Assembly: GCA_002633005.1 (NCBI GenBank)
Contig: NMRA01000587.1
Coordinates: forward strand, 133,767-197,766
Length of the DNA stretch: 64,000 nt
Direction: 5' to 3'
Source: Phoronis australis
Lineage: Eukaryota; Animalia; Phoronida
The translations under genes were made by a program, and so were the position numbers. Each line of letters opens with the position of its first letter. The first letter of the stretch is position 1. The notes beneath the pieces are model-generated. The model saw nothing but the letters and a program-made list of their open reading frames with translations, ran no database searches and was not told the origin of the DNA. This document shows, piece by piece, positions 62,192-64,000 of the stretch.

Positions 62192-62540
62192 TACTTGAAT
62201 AGTCCTGCAAGGGGTGAAACGAAGAACGCGGGGTAGGCCCAGTGTACACGACATTAAACGACACCGATCTTTGAGCGCTATAATTCACCTCAGTTACGCG
62301 TCCAGCGAACGCGCTTGCACGTGGCCCTCGTTTATGGGTGAAACCAATGGGAAAATTATATTATCGAAAATACTGGTGATGATACGGCTTTGAAATAACT
62401 GTGTTATCACACAGAAGAATGCGTCAGAACTACTTTTCCGTATTTTCTCTAGAGCAGATAACCGTTAGTCGTCTCTGGACAAAATAACTCTGGCAATGGC
62501 GTAAGAATTACGGTACTTGGCGTGCTAAATCCAAACGAAT

Positions 62541-62915
62541 AGGGCCGTCCCGGATTACACAGCTGTATTTACCCACAATGCCGTAAACATCCGTCAGGCA
62601 CATTTGCTACCTTGTTTTCTTGCCGTAGGATCAGTTGGCATCGACGGATTCTTTACGACTTGAGTTTATCTCGGTTGCAGTACTCTATTCGTCCTTCTAA
62701 TGCCAATGAAGTAATACCACTGTGCTGTGGGCTGCTACTCCCACGTGAGGTTTGACAAACATAACAAATACCCGTGGATGCGTTATTTGAAATTCTTCGC
62801 CGGCCCGACATCAATAAGAGACACGACAATGTATCTGATTTCCAAAAACGTGTCACACACTTTCTTAACTCCGGGACAAAAGAAAGTTCTACCGCCGTGT
62901 AATCCTGGATGGCTC
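62541..62915 (+). mobile_element. ISL2EU-like THAP-remnant element, copy 2
   Basis: AT|AGGGCCGTCCCGGATTACAC start; colinear with 34925-35307; MPMK*YHCAVGC...LKFF. Confidence 0.65.
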
Positions 62916-63331
62916 AAGGAGTAGTTTAAACTCATCTTATATAGTATCAAATTCTGTTCTGGTGTTAGTGTCACTGAATAATTGATAATGACAATTGAAC
63001 TAAAATATATAGCACAAACATATCTGTCAAATACCATCTAAACGTTTATTGCAACAAACTTGATGAAAATTAAGGTGAAAACAGTGTTTTAAGTGTGCGA
63101 ACACACTTCACCTAAACCTATACAGTGACCTAATTTGGCCAACTAGTCTTGAATGATTCGTGGCTATGGATCTACGCCAAACTTAGAAAGCAACTCTCAC
63201 GGGTCCTAACCGTGTTGTATCAGTAAATAAAATCGTTAATAGTTATTACAGGTTTTGTATTATGATATTGTTTTATTAATTCAATGACGAAAGTGCCATC
63301 TCGCAACGTCTAGTATAGAGTAATTCACCTG

Positions 63332-63480
63332 GGCCCAGTTGCATAAAAGTTATACGCCGTATAGCAACAATGACAATGCATTATCACGCGTCACGTTGTT
63401 ATTGTTGAACAATGCACCTGTCGACATGCAACAATCCAACTTATCCAGCGGATAATTACTAAGTTTTATGCAACCCAGCC
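63332..63480. mobile_element. 149-bp MITE with CTG TSD (PIF/Harbinger-related)
   Basis: ctg|GGCCCAGTTGCATAAAA ... TTTTATGCAACCCAGCC|ctg. Confidence 0.75.
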
Positions 63481-63574
63481 CTGTTGCTTAAAGTCGCTTG
63501 AGGTCAAAGGTCACATTTTGCATATAAAGGAATAAAGGAAATAAGTTAGGCCTATGTCTTCACGGGTGAGAAAC

Positions 63575-63700
63575 AACATGACCGCCGGTCCTCTAAACAG
63601 GACCTCCGGGGATCAAATGGGACCGCCGCACCAGAAAATGGGACTGACGCACCCAAAAACATGACCGCCCCACCACAAAACAGGACCGCCGGGGACTAAA
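63575..63700. repeat. Degenerate ~21-bp tandem repeat, ~6 copies, core GACCGCCG
   Basis: Direct reading. Confidence 0.7.
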
Positions 63701-64000
63701 ACCGCAACAACTAACAGGCTAAGATTTATTACCGTTAGGCCTACACAGATCATACAATGGGGCTATATACGTATGCATATGCAGGTCTTGTGCCGATTAA
63801 TCCACCGAAATCTTTTGTGAGCAACAAAGGACACTTCGCTTTGTAATACGCGGCGCTTTTGAGTTTTACTCATCACCAGGCTCCCGGCTGCGGTATGTGA
63901 CTTATAAACAGTTGAAAGGTCAACATTTAATAAATCTAACACAAAACAACCTCGTTGTACGCTTTTGAGCTAAATAATTATAATTTTATCCACTGCATAA

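Overview
Intron-rich, AT-rich animal genomic DNA, most likely from an invertebrate bilaterian; the taxon cannot be fixed from the sequence. The left part is a compact housekeeping cluster. It holds the last exon of PC4/SUB1 (+), a two-ORF MOCS2 locus (-; MOCS2A 89 aa, MOCS2B 148 aa, not overlapping) and, head-to-head across a 229-bp gap, a 9-exon SNAPC3 (+, 380 aa). The middle holds two tandem, intronless, paralogous orphan 7-TM genes (310 and 291 aa) that lack class A GPCR motifs. The right part holds a 4-exon class A GPCR (-, 328 aa, 38411-56465) with an altered sodium pocket. Its 11.7-kb first intron contains a decayed Gmr1-type gypsy element (integrase before RT) and a decayed CR1/L2-like LINE that starts with a 2A/StopGo motif (GDIEVNPGP). 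Further right are a 29-bp satellite, a truncated Mag-like gypsy gag-PR and many MITEs, three of which have exact 5-bp TSDs. All gene models were spliced by hand from GT-AG signals and remembered family motifs; no database search was run.
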